Below, piece after piece: positions 61,101-64,000 of a DNA stretch of 64,000 nucleotides (its first letter is position 1; the number at the start of each line of letters is the position of its first letter). A program made the position numbers and the translations under genes. The stretch lies in NCBI GenBank assembly GCA_963924565.1, contig OZ004613.1:11594001-11658000 (forward strand), in the 5' to 3' direction. A model generated the notes under the pieces. It did not search any database and was not told the DNA's origin. It saw only the letters and a list, made by a program, of their open reading frames with translations. Source of the stretch: Ascidiella aspersa. Its lineage: Eukaryota.

Positions 61101-64000
61101 CAGTTCGTGCTTTTCAGCAGGGTTAGTTAAAATTTCTGTTATAATTTCAGTTAAACTTAAAAAATTGGGTTTATCTAAAATAAATTAGATGTCAGATCAT
61201 AGCAGAACTGTGGAGTGTGACTCAGGGGGCTCAAGTAAGACTAAGAAAACTACCCGATGTGTGCGCACTGCGCATGTGCAGTACCAAATTTTGAAACTGA
61301 TAAGACAATGTAAATTTTTAAGGTGAAATCGCGTATGGTTGCACATTTTTCATAAGCCTTACCAAGAGATTGCTGAACATCCATCTTTTTAATTACGAAA
61401 TCGCACATTTTATTTGGCATGCGAGTTGTTGATATTTTGACATTATTTATAAAAACTAGCACACTACATATGAAAAATTAACCACTCGCACACTACATAT
61501 GAAAAACCAACCACTCGCCTACTAACACTAAGAGTGCTATCCTATTGCCCTAAATAAAAGTATGTTTACAGTTAAAAGAGTAAACTTTAACATTTAACAA
61601 AACGCGCTTTAGCTGTTTTTTTAGATGGTCAATGACTTGATGACTGGACTTGTGCACTTAACTGTTTTTAAATGACTTAACATGACTTAAGTCATTTGAA
61701 CTAAGCATTTTTTTAAATTGCATTATTTATCTCAAGTTTTGCCTTAAAACGATTTGCTGGCTTCATGTTGCACTTTGTGCTATTTTTTGCGGAGTTGTTG
61801 CTCACATATTAATCGGAAAAGTTGCCAATTTTTTAAATTTAATGTTTAATTTTGTGACAAGGACTTGACTCCCTTTAATTATAAAATAACTGGGACTTAA
61901 GTCGTTTCAAAATGACTTGATATCAACATTGATTAATTAAAGTGGACATGAATATAGGTTAAAGACTATTGTTTCATATAAGAGGATATTGTGTAGAAAA
62001 AAATATTTTATCATATGTGTTATATTGGGATGGTGATGTCACTTCATCATTACAAGATAAAGTTTAAAAATATATGCCAAGGGTAAAAACAGCACAAAAT
62101 TGTCAGTTACATCACAGAATTCTTATCCCGAAATTTACTTCCTTTTTTCAGGTGTGACTATGTACCATGCATTAATGTTGCTCTATCTGAGTATGAAAAA
62201 TGGGTGAGTAACGACACTGGAGTAAACCCTGACGATCTGCCAGCTATATTTGGTGCAGGTACTCAATAGAAAACAATAAATTTAATTATAATTTTCCAAA
62301 GTGTTGTGCATGAGCCAAAAATCAGTGTGTAAAGTGACACTATTAATAAATGTAAAACCTGTTTCGGCTTCAATAGATGTCATGAGAATTATGGAAAATT
62401 ATTTTACTTGCAAATATATAAAAGTTGCCAAACTCAAAAAGATAGTTCTTTTGGATATTTACTATTTGCAACAACTCCAAAATATAATAAAATATAAAAC
62501 AGAAGCACATGGAACATTTGAGGATGTTTTTTTCACGGGCCATTTTTTGTACTTTTATTTGTACCTTGCTTAAAAATAACTAGGATTGGCATTTATTTAT
62601 TGGTATAAGGCTCAAATATAACTAGTTTGGACACTTTTTTGTTTGTATGTCGTTTGTATAAAACTAATTCTGTCACTTTTTTAATCACACATACCTTTAA
62701 AGCTTAGTATGTGTATTCACAACAGAATCTTGCCCTCCAACAGAACACATAATGCCTTAAATAAAAAATAGCAAAAAAAAAAGCTTGAGAAGCGCACCGC
62801 TCTGAACAAAAATCAGTCAGCAAAGGTCAATTTTTTACTATTTATTTGTACAGACAAACTGATGATGCCATTTATATGGCGAAATGCATATTTGTATTAA
62901 AATTTTTAGACCTTTGCCGACTGATTTTTGTTCGGAGCGGTGCGCTTCTCAAGCTTTAACATAACTTGAAATGAACTAAATTGGGTAACTTTTTGGTGGT
63001 ACATTACTCAAACCAAGCCAGGATTTTTTTCAAATTCAGCTTAAAAAAACTGTTGTGGGCACTTTTTTGTTTCTATTAATAAACTATAGCCAGAGTAAAA
63101 TAGTGAAATAGATCCAACAAGCTGGTCATACATTTGACAATATGACAGCTTAAATTAATTTTATTCTTCGATTTTAAAAACAGCTGTTACACATGGATCC
63201 ATAACCAACTGGGACTATCTGTGGAGTTTCTTTGTAAATTCAACTGATGCCAATCTTAAGCGCAAAATTTTGGCTGCACTTACCTCTACTGTTGATGTTG
63301 AAAAGATATTGTTTTTGCAAAGTCAAGTCCTAAAGGCAGAAACAATCAGACCTCAGGTGGGATGGTCTAAAATGTCTTATAAATCTGAATGAATTTATGT
63401 TAGACTTCCAATCCCAATAGCAACGTTTAACAAGAACCATCAATAACAAGTTTTTAAATCAGCAAGAATTATTAAAAAAATGTTCTTATATAACTTTTTT
63501 AATTTTAAAAATATATATCATCATAAATGATTTGGAAATTTTTAGCTAACTTAAAAAAACTGAAGTGTTTATAACTTATAAGTACTACAACCATTTTTTT
63601 TGCAAAAATAGTTTGATATTGCCTTTTTGCACTTTGTCTTATCAACAATAATGCAGACAAAATTAGACTCACAAAAAATGTCAAATGTTTGCACTGATGA
63701 GATGACCTGTTTTCTTTTATTCGGTTGGTTTGAATACTTCTTGTATGGTCAGCCTCGATATGGACTGACCACTGCTCAACCATACTATTAAAATTTAATA
63801 CATTCTCTTGTATTGTCAATCAAGTGCAAAACCTCAACCCATCATAATAAGTTTAAAGCAAAAATGACGGAATTAATCATTGGCAAATATGTGTTTTGTT
63901 AAAATAATTTAAGTGAAAAAAATTCAGGATTCTTCCACGGCCATCGGTGGGCTTTCCGGAAACCTGGTTGGGGCTTCGTTGACATGGAAGTTTGTGAGGC
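49174..64000 (+). CDS. M1 zinc aminopeptidase, type II membrane protein (LNPEP/IRAP-ERAP-like); 3' end lies beyond the window
   Basis: Exons 49174-49313, 51482-51633, 51891-51987, 52252-52687, 53608-53808, 54307-54457, 55665-55844, 55917-56111, 56455-56612, 58607-58678, 58816-59025, 59771-60006, 60327-60472, 62152-62258, 63184-63356 and 63928 to beyond 64000. Motifs: [59 protein letters not shown]-x-LWLNEG and FDDISYSKG. Confidence 0.95.
55021..55166. repeat. Tandem duplication of about 74 bp in an intron
   Basis: Two near-identical copies of taagac(at)gttccctttatgacacattgttaaatat..gcatagctctaaataaa. Confidence 0.85.
57745..58215 (+). mobile_element. Two copies of a tRNA-derived SINE (about 57745-57860, 5'-truncated; about 58075-58215)
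   Basis: A-box-like tagctcagttagtagagc (58082-58099) and B-box-like gagttcaaacc / gatttgaacc. The two copies share the body tatggc.agaggt..tgcag.ctagtt..tagcctac. There is no closed cloverleaf. Confidence 0.65.
59150..59583. mobile_element. Degenerate foldback element with G/T-rich telomere-like interior
   Basis: Ends cagtacagaataa / ttattctgcactg, inner inverted pair gaataagccctaaat / atttagggcttattc, and gggttag-like units. Confidence 0.55.
62780..62957 (+). mobile_element. Foldback element (49-bp inverted arms) enclosing a hammerhead; Penelope pseudo-LTR-like
   Basis: aaagcttgagaagcgcaccgctctgaacaaaaatcagtcagcaaaggtc (62780-62828) pairs with its reverse complement at 62909-62957 with 2 mismatches. 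Confidence 0.8.
62854..62895 (+). ncRNA. Intact minimal type I hammerhead ribozyme
   Basis: acaaa CTGATGA T GCCAT ttat ATGGC GAA ATGCAT A tttgt. Stem I is acaaa/tttgt, stem II has 5 bp and stem III is the palindrome AUGCAU. The predicted cleavage site is after A62890 (AUA triplet). Confidence 0.85.

Noticed and set aside
60860-61520. Short direct repeats (19-bp and 29-bp units) suggestive of an array
   Set aside because: These are simple tandem duplications of 2-3 copies with no spacers, in a eukaryotic intron. Not CRISPR.

Overview
AT-rich, intron-rich animal genomic DNA, most likely an invertebrate chordate such as an ascidian (inferred from the vertebrate-like IGF2BP, intron sizes and patchy CpG depletion). 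Gene models were built by hand from GT-AG signals and frame continuity. They comprise the last three exons of a conserved metazoan gene, a 7-exon single-pass membrane protein with adaptor-like motifs, and a 4-exon secreted, probably GPI-anchored protein with a Shadoo/prion-like layout. Also present are a 7-exon EF-hand plus ubiquitin-like protein on the minus strand, a 13-exon class I/II PLP aminotransferase, an intronless IGF2BP/IMP gene, and an M1 aminopeptidase that runs off the right end. Mobile DNA includes a decayed, 5'-inverted Penelope-like retroelement, many hAT (Buster/Charlie-type) MITEs with 8-bp TSDs (some nested), foldback elements and tRNA-derived SINEs. The most notable non-coding signal is five minimal hammerhead-ribozyme motifs (CUGAYGA-U-GCC..GGC-GAAA): one in the Penelope 3' end and four in small foldback elements, including an intact copy in sense orientation inside an aminopeptidase intron. 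No database searches were possible, so all homology calls come from motif recognition.
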